NCBI GenBank assembly: GCA_039208735.1
Contig: JBCCQY010000191.1
Coordinates: 1-15,979, forward strand
DNA length: 15,979 nucleotides
Origin: Myxococcota bacterium
Lineage (GTDB): Bacteria; Myxococcota_A; UBA796; GCA-2862545
Reading direction: 5' to 3'
In this document: one piece after another, positions 1 through 8,408 of the stretch
Numbering within the stretch: the first letter of the stretch is position 1
Layout: every line of letters begins with the position of its first letter
Made by a program: the position numbers and the translations under genes
Notes under the pieces: model-generated
Seen by the model: the letters and a program-made list of their open reading frames with translations, nothing else
Database searches by the model: none
Told to the model about the DNA's origin: nothing

Positions 1-1067
1 CCGTCGCCGTCGAAGTCACCGGTCACCACGTGCTCGTATGCAGTCCAGCTGGGCACGGACCACGGATGGAGCTGGGGGGCCGGGCGCTCCACGAAGTAGC
101 TTCCGTCGTCGTCCTCGCGCGACAGAGCGACGTTGATCGCGGCTCGTTCGGTGGTCTCGGCGTGCCAGATCACGTCGGTGCGCCCGTCGCCATCAACGTC
201 CGCGAGGAGCCAGTCGTAGGCTGGCCAGTCAGGAAGATCATCATCGAGCGCCGGCCCGCCTTGGAAGGGCATCTGGGTGAACTCGTCGCCCTCACAAGAT
301 CCCGCGCAGTCGTTGGCCAAGCCGACGTAGAGGCCGCCGTCGATTCGGACGAATACGGCATCGGCCTGTCCGTCGCGGTTCATGGTGGCTAGGGCCGCGC
401 CGGTGTAATTCTCCCAGGTGCTTGGCCAGATCGTCACGCCATTCGCCCCGTCGGTAAGCATTCCCGAGCCGTCGGGCTCTCCCAGCATCAGATGCGACCG
501 GTTCGACGTGTCGAGGCGGGAGAACCAGAGATCGTCGATCCCATCGTCATCGACGTCGCCCACGTGCGTCGTGTAGCTCTCCCACCCGTTGCTTCCCGCG
601 TGCGTGGTGGCCGACTGAATCGTGAAGCCCGTGCCCGAGGCGTAGCCAGTGACGGGAAAGGCAAGGTTCGACACGCCACCGGTGCTGATCCGGTCGTTGA
701 ACACGATGTCATCGGCCTCGTCGCCGTCGAAGTCACCCACCACGGTGACCACGTCGGTCCAGCTCCGGTCGTCGGGATGCTCCTGTACCGGGTCGAACGC
801 GAAGTCCGAGCCCGTCGAGCGTGCCACGAACCACTCGTTGGTGGCGCCCTTTCGGTTCCACAACACGTCGTCGAGTCCGTCGCCGTCGAAGTCGCCGATA
901 TGGACTTCGTAGCTGCCCCAGGACCCTGTCGGGGCGGCGGGGTGGTCGATCGGCTCGCCGAGATCGAGGACGCCGCCGGGACCGCCGTAGCCTACGTAGA
1001 ACGCGTTGGTGTCGTCGCGGAGGTGATTCCAGAGCAAATCGTCGGTGCCGTCTCCGTCGAAGTCTCC
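1..1067 (-). repeat. At least seven FG-GAP/VCBS-like protein repeats within the CDCL gene
   Basis: Translated cores: GDFDGDGTDDLLW, GDFDGDGLDDVLW, GDFDGDEADDIVF, GDVDDDGIDDLWF, ATMNRDGQADAVF, ADVDGDGRTDVIW, GDFDGD(G) at the edge. Roughly 55-65 aa apart; most are preceded by a WxxY motif. Confidence 0.9.
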
Positions 1068-2357
1068 GACGTAGGGCGTGTACCCAGCGGGTAGGCGGCT
1101 GTCATGCTCCTGGACGTCGACGAACTCGAAGACATCGCCCTGAGTTCGGGCGACACAGCTCGTGACGTCGTACTCGAGCGTCTCCGAGACATTGGCGATG
1201 GAGTTGTCACCGAGGTTGCGGAACGTGTACGACAGCGGCGCGGCGCTGCTGAGCGGCGATGCCTCATCGAAGTAGTCCCGCCAGTTCCCCGAGCGAATCA
1301 TTGCCACGGTGGCGTCGGCGCTGCCTCCCAGGGAGCTGACTGCGACCTGAGACTCGGCCAAGATGGTCTTCTGCCGGGCCGAGAGGTTCGCATCGACCCC
1401 GCCAACGAGCGCGTCATAGGACGCCGAGAGTGTGGCGCGGATCTCGGCCTCGCTCGCTGTCGACGTCAGCGAGAACGTCATCATGCGGCCGTAGACTACG
1501 TTCGACACGTAGATGGGAAGGTTGTCGTCGCCGATCCGACCCAGCTCGGCCTGCGCGTCGTAGTCCTCGGGTCCGAAGTCATCGGAGAACAGGCTTGAGG
1601 GCGTCTCGGGAGGAGCGACGACGACCTCGAACATGCGCTGTGTGAACTCGGCCGTGACCGTGGTCTGGGCCCGGTTGCGCTCGGTGCTGCCCGTCGCCGA
1701 GCCCTCGAAGCCGTAGTACCGGGCGGAGACGCCGATTGAGAGCGCAAACTCGCTTTCGGCGTGGTACGTCCGCTCGGCGAACGTGATCGTGGACGGGGTC
1801 ACGATGTCGGCCGTCACTGCGCTGCCTACGATGTCTCCGATCGCCGATGCCACGGTGGCCTGCGTCGGGGACGCGACCTCGCGGAAGTTCTCACCCGACG
1901 AGATGGCAGGAATCGAGACCTCGATGGGGGCGCGCTTGGTGATGGGCAAGGCATCGAGGCTGCCGAGCCCATCGCGGTGCGAGCGACCCTGGATGAGCGC
2001 CCCGGGCCACAGCAGTTCCACGTCAGGGTTGAACATCACGATCTGCTCGGGAGTGTCGGTCATCGTATAGGGGACCGACTGGCAGCTGTAGAGGACCTCC
2101 TCGGTCGTGGTGGTCACAGCGTCGCCCTCGGCTGTCTCCTCGTGGGAGATGACCGTGTGCTCCCCCGACTCGGTAAAGAACCTGGGCTCGGCTTCGTCGA
2201 CTGGTCGAGGAGCAACGTCGTCGAGGAGCGGGGAGAAGTCCGCCCAGGTCGGCAGCGAGCGGAGTCTGTCGTCGACTCCGGCGCTCGGTTCGCCTTTGCA
2301 GCTGGTCGTGAGCAGGAGCACGCTGGCGGCGAGTTGAACGGGTTTCGTGACGTTCAT
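1..2357 (-). CDS. Lipoprotein: thiol-activated cytolysin/CDC-like pore-forming core fused to C-terminal FG-GAP/VCBS repeats (3'-partial, runs off window)
   Basis: Not in the ORF track. Hand translation from ATG 2357 (AGGGAGG Shine-Dalgarno upstream) gives no stop down to base 1. Begins MNVTKPVQLAASVLLLTTSC (lipobox-like, Cys20). CDC-type motifs in the expected order: LWPGALIQG (~2009), FTQRMFEV, PIYVSNVVYGR (YGR 1485-1493), SLGG, APLSYTFRNLGDN (~1210-1240). GDFDGDG repeats follow. Confidence 0.9.
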   Translation of the reverse strand, partial: MNVTKPVQLAASVLLLTTSCKGEPSAGVDDRLRSLPTWADFSPLLDDVAPRPVDEAEPRFFTESGEHTVISHEETAEGDAVTTTTEEVLYSCQSVPYTMTDTPEQIVMFNPDVELLWPGALIQGRSHRDGLGSLDALPITKRAPIEVSIPAISSGENFREVASPTQATVASAIGDIVGSAVTADIVTPSTITFAERTYHAESEFALSIGVSARYYGFEGSATGSTERNRAQTTVTAEFTQRMFEVVVAPPETPSSLFSDDFGPEDYDAQAELGRIGDDNLPIYVSNVVYGRMMTFSLTSTASEAEIRATLSASYDALVGGVDANLSARQKTILAESQVAVSSLGGSADATVAMIRSGNWRDYFDEASPLSSAAPLSYTFRNLGDNSIANVSETLEYDVTSCVARTQGDVFEFVDVQEHDSRLPAGYTPYVGDFDGDGTDDLLWNHLRDDTNAFYVGYGGPGGVLDLGEPIDHPAAPTGSWGSYEVHIGDFDGDGLDDVLWNRKGATNEWFVARSTGSDFAFDPVQEHPDDRSWTDVVTVVGDFDGDEADDIVFNDRISTGGVSNLAFPVTGYASGTGFTIQSATTHAGSNGWESYTTHVGDVDDDGIDDLWFSRLDTSNRSHLMLGEPDGSGMLTDGANGVTIWPSTWENYTGAALATMNRDGQADAVFVRIDGGLYVGLANDCAGSCEGDEFTQMPFQGGPALDDDLPDWPAYDWLLADVDGDGRTDVIWHAETTERAAINVALSREDDDGSYFVERPAPQLHPWSVPSWTAYEHVVTGDFDGD

Positions 2358-2410
2358 TGGGGCCTCCCTTGTGGAGTCCAAGAGAATGGAGCCGGGATGC
2401 CGGAGCACTC

Positions 2411-2435
2411 TCAGCCAATCTCAGCCAATCCCAGC
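2411..2435. repeat. 10-bp tandem direct repeat in divergent intergenic region
   Basis: TCAGCCAATC TCAGCCAATC CCAGC, 54-78 bp upstream of the CDCL start. Confidence 0.7.
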
Positions 2436-2553
2436 GCACGGAGCATCCCTCCGGCCGTACTCGTCGACGGTGTGGTGACCCTGAACGTCGAAATCATGCG
2501 AGCTCGTCACCTGGTGGCACTTCGGTGCGAGGGCAGCTCGTTACTCGAGCAAC

Positions 2554-2850
2554 ATGACGCCACGCTCTGCCTTTCTTTGGATCGCCCGGCTTGAGGGCCT
2601 CTCGTTGCTCGTGCTCATCGGACTCGCGGTGCCCTTGAAGTACGGCTGGGGCCTCGTCGAGGCCACCATCGTGCCCGGTTGGATTCACGGTGGGCTGTTC
2701 CTCGCCTACGTCGGTGCACTCGGCCTGGTCGGGTTTCGCGAGGGCTGGGGGATAGTGCGCATCGGCCTTGCGTTTGTCGCGGCCTGGCTCCCCTTCGGCA
2801 CGATGGTCTTCGAACGCTGGCTCACCCATTTGGAAGCCAACGGCAGGTAG
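2554..2850 (+). CDS. DUF3817 family small membrane protein
   Basis: 98 aa, hydrophobic. Motifs LEGLSLLVL..AVPLKY, GWIHGGLFLAYV and LPFGT..FERWL are typical of DUF3817. Confidence 0.85.
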   Translation: MTPRSAFLWIARLEGLSLLVLIGLAVPLKYGWGLVEATIVPGWIHGGLFLAYVGALGLVGFREGWGIVRIGLAFVAAWLPFGTMVFERWLTHLEANGR

Positions 2851-2964
2851 ATGGTTCACTTGGGTCGACGAACGTTGCGAAGGGCGGCGTCCCAGGAGGC
2901 GGGGATGTTCCGCCATGATGCGCGCCTGCTGACCGGCCCCATGGTGTCTCGGCAGGTTGCAAGC

Positions 2965-3660
2965 CTACCCTGCGGCACTTTTGCTCGCGTCCAGGGTTGC
3001 GGCATGGGCCTCGAGCAGCTCAACGACCTCGGCATGGGAACCGTTACGTGCTTCATCGAGCGGAGTTGCCCCCCAGCGATCGCAGACGTGAAGGGGATGT
3101 CCCTGCGCGAGCAGGTACCGCGAGGCGTTCACCTGTCCCTCGGAAGCAGCGAGATGAAGGGCCGTGCGGCCGTCGTAATCTGTACCGAATGCGGGAACGC
3201 CACGGGCGAACAACCGCATCATGCTGCCGAGCAATCCCTCGGAGGCCGCCCAGAGAAGCTCGACAACGTCGACGGGGTCGGCCTGGTGGCTCGAAACCGG
3301 GCTCAGCCGATTCCCGCTGCCAGCGGGGTGCTTGGCTTGCCCTTCTTTGGCCCCCGTCGCCTCGAGCTTCTCGATGACGGCCCGGTGAGACCCCAAGCGC
3401 GCGTCGTCGAGCGGGGTGCCGCCCCAACGATCCACGGCGTCAGCGCTCACGCCTCGCTGGAGGAGGAACTCCACGACGTCGATGTGCCCCTCCGCCGCGG
3501 CCAGGTGCATCGGGGTACGCCCGTCGTAGTCCCCCCCGGATAGATCGAATCCCTCGACGTCCAGCCGGCCAAGCTCGCCCAGGTCGCCACTGCTCGCGGC
3601 CCACAGCGCCTCGGCGGTTCGTGTCGCAAGCCAGTGCGCACGGGTGACGCGTGGATCGAG
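2965..3660 (-). pseudogene. Ankyrin-repeat region resembling the C-terminus of ankyrin-bearing glutaminases; probably 5'-truncated
   Basis: Two blocks of LWAAS.G...DYDGRT..HLAA.EG...DRWG.TPLD.A preceded by LDPR (3660). The only upstream start (GTG 3768) overlaps the divergent gene at 3726, and the next in-frame ATG (~3510) lies inside a repeat. The ankyrin call is firm; pseudogene status is inferred. Confidence 0.6.
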
Positions 3661-3725
3661 GGGTGCGAGAGCGGGGTCAGGTGAGGGTAACGAGCGCCGG
3701 ACGTGGGTAGATTGCTGAGGTCGAC

Positions 3726-4217
3726 ATGAGCGAGTTGATCCAACACGAATGTGAGGTCTGCGGCGCACGCTGGCAGTCGTCGAAAGGTGTGCCTGTGGAG
3801 TGCTTTGCGTGTGAGATGAGGCAGGCCCAGACCTCCCCTACGTCGGCACAGTGGAATGACTTGGATGAGGCACTGTCCCGCCATGACAAGTTCGAAGCTC
3901 TGCAGGTTGCCTGTCAGGCGGGAATTCGGGCACTGGACGTGCCTCCTGTGGCCATTCAGGCGATGTGGGACGGCGATACGACCGGTTGGTTCATCCGAAT
4001 CGAAGTGGTCACGAGATTCCCCTGGCGAAGCTTCCAGGTTGCTTTCATCCGCCACGGTGGTGACCTTCGTTTGTTTCAAGGCGCCGTCCCCCCGTGGTCC
4101 GAAGCGGAGGAAGCCCCGCGACTTGGAAGCCAACCTGCCGATGTCCTCGAGGTGGACTTCTACTTCCCGTCGCCTCACCATCCCGATGATTCACGGCCGT
4201 CTTGGTGGGAGCGCTGA
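3726..4217 (+). CDS. Hypothetical protein with N-terminal CxxC...CxxC zinc-ribbon-like motif
   Basis: GAGG before ATG; CEVC-x12-CFAC; protein-like aromatic motifs WDGDTTGWF, PPWSEA, FYFPSP..PDD..PSWW. Confidence 0.7.
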   Translation: MSELIQHECEVCGARWQSSKGVPVECFACEMRQAQTSPTSAQWNDLDEALSRHDKFEALQVACQAGIRALDVPPVAIQAMWDGDTTGWFIRIEVVTRFPWRSFQVAFIRHGGDLRLFQGAVPPWSEAEEAPRLGSQPADVLEVDFYFPSPHHPDDSRPSWWER

Positions 4218-4375
4218 GCGCCGACATGCTGTCGACGTAGTCCAGCACAAGCTCGACCGCTCACAAACGCTCGAAGGCCGCTAGCAATTTTGGAGACCGG
4301 CCCGCCTCTAGATAGGTGAGGAGGGTCGCGTGTATAGACTCCTCACTGGATCCTATGGGCAGGAGGTGTTCACAG

Positions 4376-5383
4376 ATGCTCGACATTTCTCAGATCGCGC
4401 AAACGTTGCTCGACGATCCCGATACCGGATGGAACATGGGCAGTTTCGGTGCGATTGCCGAGTTTCATCATGTCCTGGGCGATCCGCCGGCAACGCCGGG
4501 TGAAGGCCTTTCGTGTTGGACCAGGCGGGGCGGGATTCGCCTGCGTTCGCTCGATGGCGTTCGCCCCATCGCCTACGAAATCCTAAGCTCGAAACCGCAT
4601 CGGTGGTCGCAGGGCGTGGCCCTTTGCCTGCCCGAGAAGGACGCCGCAATGCAGGGTCGCGAGCACCTCACCGAGCTTGGCCCAGACGCGGAGGCACTGC
4701 GCGAGGAGGAGCGAGACGCGATCCTGTTCGACATGGGACTGGCCCAGTCGCAGGTCAACTTCTGCATCCGCACCACGGACCCTGACCTGTTGTCTGTGCT
4801 GCGGAGTGCGGTGGGCCGGTCGCTGTTCGAGCCGGAGAACCCGGCCATGGGCGCGATCCTCGCGAAACACCCCCATCGCGTAGCGCTTACGCGGTTGGGC
4901 CGCGTCGAGGTGTTTCAGAAGATCGGCGGTCCTCAAACGGGGGGCGTTTCTCCCGAGGGACCGCATACGCACGTCCTCCCAAAGCTTCTGAAGGCCGGTC
5001 GCACGCACTCGGCGAACACGCCCATCCCGGAGGGCTGGGTACCATGTGCCCACATCCATCCGAAGAACCCTGTGATGAACCGAATGGGCATCGACCGGGA
5101 CTTCGATTTGGACGCCTTCGCAGCCTTTCAGGGACTGCTGCGGCCGTGGGGGGTTCCCGAGTACCTCGAGGCCAAGGACGCCACCTGGGCGGCACTTCGG
5201 GCTGGTGATGCGCCCCAGACCCATCTCGAGCCGGGCACTCGTCTTGGGCGGGCCGGCTTGCGCAATGCCATTCGCCAGTGGCGCCGCCAGACCGGAGATT
5301 CGCCACTCGTCGAGGCGTGGGCGGACCGGTTTGACCGTCGACCCGAGCCGAGAGAGCCACACGGGTCTGTAGGCCACGGGTGA
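4376..5383 (+). CDS. Conserved hypothetical protein, probably DUF6925-like, with His-containing motifs
   Basis: AGGAGG at 4361 supports ATG 4376 rather than 4316. Motifs WNMGSFGAIAEF, LTELGPD, LFDMGL, HPHRV, SPEGPHTHVLPKLL, RTHSANTPIP. The family name is from recall only. Confidence 0.75.
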   Translation: MLDISQIAQTLLDDPDTGWNMGSFGAIAEFHHVLGDPPATPGEGLSCWTRRGGIRLRSLDGVRPIAYEILSSKPHRWSQGVALCLPEKDAAMQGREHLTELGPDAEALREEERDAILFDMGLAQSQVNFCIRTTDPDLLSVLRSAVGRSLFEPENPAMGAILAKHPHRVALTRLGRVEVFQKIGGPQTGGVSPEGPHTHVLPKLLKAGRTHSANTPIPEGWVPCAHIHPKNPVMNRMGIDRDFDLDAFAAFQGLLRPWGVPEYLEAKDATWAALRAGDAPQTHLEPGTRLGRAGLRNAIRQWRRQTGDSPLVEAWADRFDRRPEPREPHGSVGHG

Positions 5384-5400
5384 CGAGCCGCCTCATCCAT

Positions 5401-5434
5401 TTGCAGTCGAGTTGCAAATGCAGTCGAGTTGCAA
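5401..5434. promoter_or_regulatory. Two abutting 17-bp imperfect palindromes, putative Fur-family (Zur-like) operator
   Basis: TTGCAGTCGAGTTGCAA (5401-5417) + ATGCAGTCGAGTTGCAA (5418-5434), 43 bp before the permease ATG. TGCA-N7-TGCA dyad resembling the deltaproteobacterial Zur consensus ATGCAACnnnGTTGCAT as I recall it. Confidence 0.65.
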
Positions 5435-5477
5435 TTAAGGGGTCTCTCTCTAGGCTTCGTCTGGTGGGATCTGGGAA

Positions 5478-6572
5478 ATGAGTGTCACCAAGAACGAGGC
5501 ACGAGGGCCGCGGCAGCACGATGCTCTCACGCCTCCGCAGACCGAGTCCCCGGAGCCGGGAGTCGAGTCGGCCTCCCGTCGCCGCCGCCTGCGACGGACG
5601 TGGTCCGTGCTGTTCGTCATGGGCGCGGTCATCGGGTTGCTTTCGATGTTGGTCGGTTCGGGGGATCTGCGCGATGCCGAGCTGCGCGACACGTTCCTCT
5701 GGCTGCGCGCGCACCGCACCCTGGCGGCGTTCCTGGCGGGGGCCGCCCTGGCCGCCGGCGGCGTGTTGGTTCAAGGTCTGTTTCGAAACCCGCTCGCGAG
5801 TCCCTCGATCATCGGCACCACCGCCGGGGCCAACCTCGGCGGGATGGCCGCGCTGATTAGCTACGAGATGGTCCTTGGCGGTCAGGGCATTGCCGGGATT
5901 CCGGCAGAGATGCTCCTGCCCGCCGGGTGCATGGCGGGCGCGATCACCTCGCTGCTCCTGTTGTTGGCCATCGTTCGCAACCGGCCGGGCATCGTGGCGG
6001 TACTGCTAACCGGCTTCATCCTCAGCTCGTTGTTCGCCAGCTTCGGTGGTTTGCTCACCAGCCTCGCCCAGGAATCCTGGGAGCTGGGGCGGGCCATGGT
6101 GTCGTTCACGTTGGGCGGGGTGGATGGCAAGGGGAGTCGGCACATCGCCCTCGCGTTGCCGCTGGTCGTCGGCGGCGGGATCGCGGCTTGGTGGTGGGGG
6201 CGCCACCTCGACCTGCTGCTCTCGGGCGAGGAAGAGGCCCGGAGCCTCGGTGTGAACGTTTCGGCGGTGCGCCGCTGGACGATTGCGTGGACCGCCGTGC
6301 TCGCGGCAGCGGCGGTCGCGATCGGCGGCAACGTCGCGTTCGTCGGCCTGGTTGTGCCCCATGCCCTGCGGCCGTTCGTCGGCGTGGAGCACCGTCGCCT
6401 GGTGCCCGCCGCGCTGGTCGGTGGCGGGTTGTTCTTGGTGGCCTGCGACGTGGTCACGCGGCTGGTCCCTTCCAAGGGCGTGATGCCGCTGGGGGTGATC
6501 ACGGGGCTGGTCGGAGCGCCGGTTTTCCTTTGGATGCTCGCCCGCTCTCGCATGGGCACGGAGGAAACATGA
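5478..6572 (+). CDS. FecCD/BtuC/HmuU-family ABC transporter permease
   Basis: Many TM segments; AGAALA..G...QGLFRNPLASP, EAA loop GEEEARSLGV, G.VAFVGLVVPH, PLGVITGLVGAPVF. Confidence 0.95.
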   Translation: MSVTKNEARGPRQHDALTPPQTESPEPGVESASRRRRLRRTWSVLFVMGAVIGLLSMLVGSGDLRDAELRDTFLWLRAHRTLAAFLAGAALAAGGVLVQGLFRNPLASPSIIGTTAGANLGGMAALISYEMVLGGQGIAGIPAEMLLPAGCMAGAITSLLLLLAIVRNRPGIVAVLLTGFILSSLFASFGGLLTSLAQESWELGRAMVSFTLGGVDGKGSRHIALALPLVVGGGIAAWWWGRHLDLLLSGEEEARSLGVNVSAVRRWTIAWTAVLAAAAVAIGGNVAFVGLVVPHALRPFVGVEHRRLVPAALVGGGLFLVACDVVTRLVPSKGVMPLGVITGLVGAPVFLWMLARSRMGTEET

Positions 6573-7369
6573 CCGCAAGCCCGGTGTATCCCGACTCGAC
6601 GCCCGGCCTGACGTACCACCGGGTGAGCGTCGAGCTCGGCGGACGGGAGGTGGTCCGGGAGGTTGCCTTTTCGGCCGCCCATGGTGAGGTCACCGCCTTG
6701 CTCGGCCCCAACGGGGCGGGCAAAACGACCTGCCTGAAGGCGGCGCTGGGACTGGTCGCGGTCCGGGGGGAGGTGACCTTGGATGGCGAGAACGTGCTGG
6801 CCATCTCCGACCGGGAGCGAGCCCAGCGGGTGGCCTATGTGCCCCAGCGGAGCCGCCTGACCGCCGCCCTTCCGGTCCGGCGGGTCATCGGCCAGGGGCG
6901 GTTCGCCCATCGCGGGGCCCTGGCCGGGCCCACCGCGGCAGACCGCAGGGCCATCGACGAGGCGATGGCGACCACCCGGATCGAAGCCCTCGCCGAACGA
7001 CGGTTCACCGAGCTGTCCGGCGGCGAGCAACAACGGGTCTTGCTCGCTCGCGCCCTCGCGACCGGCGCACGCACCATCCTCCTCGACGAGCCCACGAGTT
7101 CACTGGACGTCGGGCATTCGCTGACCATGCTGGGCACGCTCCGCCACTTGGCCCAGCAGGGATGCTGCGTCGTTACCGTGCTCCATGACCTAAACGAGGC
7201 CCGCACTTGGGCCGACACCGCGGTTCTCCTGGACCGCGGAGCGGTGGTGGCTAGCGGGCCGGTGGATCGCATCATCGCCCCGCGACCGATCCGACACGTC
7301 TACGAGGTGGAGATCATCGAAGGCGGCGCCATGGGGTTTTCGTCCGTCGGCCCAGCGGAGGCTTCGTGA
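6569..7369 (+). CDS. ABC transporter ATP-binding protein (FecE/BtuD/HmuV-type)
   Basis: Start at ATG 6569 (ATGA overlap with permease stop, GGAGG SD). Walker A GPNGAGKTT, Q-loop YVPQ, LSGGEQQR, Walker B LLDEPT, H-loop VLHDL. Confidence 0.95.
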   Translation: MTASPVYPDSTPGLTYHRVSVELGGREVVREVAFSAAHGEVTALLGPNGAGKTTCLKAALGLVAVRGEVTLDGENVLAISDRERAQRVAYVPQRSRLTAALPVRRVIGQGRFAHRGALAGPTAADRRAIDEAMATTRIEALAERRFTELSGGEQQRVLLARALATGARTILLDEPTSSLDVGHSLTMLGTLRHLAQQGCCVVTVLHDLNEARTWADTAVLLDRGAVVASGPVDRIIAPRPIRHVYEVEIIEGGAMGFSSVGPAEAS

Positions 7370-8343
7370 ACCCCTCGGAGCTGGTCAACGGCGGAGCCGT
7401 CTTCAGTGTCCTGTGCCTCGGCTCGGTGGGGGCGCTGTGGGCCGGCCCCGAGGCCCCGGTTCTGACCCCTGCGCGTGCCCCGGCTCGTACGGAGGACCAC
7501 GCCACCGAACGCATCGACGCATCGGGGCTCTCCATTCCGCTGGTGGACTATCCTCGGCTGGTCAGCATGTGCACCGTTTCCGACCAGGTCCTCCTCGCGC
7601 TGGTTCCCGCGGTGCGAATCGCGGCGGTGACCGAGTACTCTCGGGGGCGTCCCGACGGGTGGCGCTACCCCCCGGGGGGCAGCATCCGCGGCGACACCAG
7701 CCTCGAGGATCTGCTCTCGATGGATGCCGATCTGTTCTTCGTGTGCTCCATCGGGGGTCGCATCGATAAGGTCGAGCGTGCGCGAGAGGCGGGACTCGTG
7801 GTCTTCGACCTCGGCGACATGCACGGACTCGCCACGCTGCCCGCCCAGATCGAAGCCATCGGGGCGGTCGTTGGGGAGCCGGAGCGCGCCGCTGCGCTCC
7901 GTGAACGCTGGCTCGGGCGCATGGCCCGGGTCGCGGCGGACGTTCCCGAGCCGGACCGTCCTCTGGCGATGTACTTGAGCGTTTACGGCGACCAATTCTT
8001 CGGTGGGACCACCGGGAGCAGCTACCACGACGTCCTGCGCACCGCCGGCCTCGTCGACCTGGCCGCCCAGGCAGGCTTTGAGGGATGGCCCGCGTATGAT
8101 GCCGAGACCCTGTTATCGCTGAATCCTTCGATGATCGTGACCCGGACCGGTGGACGCTCCGCCATCTGTACCCACCCACTGCTCGCCAGCATCGAGGCCT
8201 GCCAGGACGGCGGCCGAGTGGTCGAGCTGGACGGGGCTGCCCTCGGCGATCCTGGCATGGGCATGCTCGCCGCCGCCGAGGACCTCCGCCGCGCAGTTCA
8301 CGGTCCGGAATCCCGCGCGACCCCGGTTGAGGCGTCGCGATGA
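7366..8343 (+). CDS. ABC substrate-binding protein, helical-backbone class (BtuF/FepB/HmuT-like)
   Basis: GTGA overlap with ATPase stop; N-terminal hydrophobic segment; [44 protein letters not shown] pattern. Confidence 0.88.
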   Translation: MNPSELVNGGAVFSVLCLGSVGALWAGPEAPVLTPARAPARTEDHATERIDASGLSIPLVDYPRLVSMCTVSDQVLLALVPAVRIAAVTEYSRGRPDGWRYPPGGSIRGDTSLEDLLSMDADLFFVCSIGGRIDKVERAREAGLVVFDLGDMHGLATLPAQIEAIGAVVGEPERAAALRERWLGRMARVAADVPEPDRPLAMYLSVYGDQFFGGTTGSSYHDVLRTAGLVDLAAQAGFEGWPAYDAETLLSLNPSMIVTRTGGRSAICTHPLLASIEACQDGGRVVELDGAALGDPGMGMLAAAEDLRRAVHGPESRATPVEASR

Positions 8344-8408
8344 TCGACGTTCACAAAGGGCGAAGGCGGGTTTCTATCCCAGCCACGCCGTCGAACCCTC
8401 GAGGTCCC

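Noticed and set aside
1..1070. Recurring DNA motif CCGTCGAAGTC(A/G/T)CC as a possible CRISPR or DNA repeat
   Set aside because: Short, degenerate, in one frame and 165 bp or more apart; it encodes the GDFDG protein repeats.
2515..2530. TGGCAC...TGC as a sigma54 promoter for the DUF3817 gene
   Set aside because: GG-to-GC spacing is 9 nt rather than the required 10.
30..2594. Plus-strand ORFs 30..392, 492..1094, 1104..1598, 1761..2594
   Set aside because: Val/Arg-rich antisense shadows of the minus-strand CDCL gene, with no recognisable motifs.
5384..5477. Cobalamin riboswitch upstream of the Btu-like operon
   Set aside because: Region is only 94 bp and no B12 box or conserved core is visible; a covariance search would be needed to exclude it fully.
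5927..6568. N-terminal 214-aa extension of the ABC ATPase in the ORF track
   Set aside because: Overlaps the permease and is Arg/Gly-rich; the ATG at 6569 has an SD and ATGA coupling.
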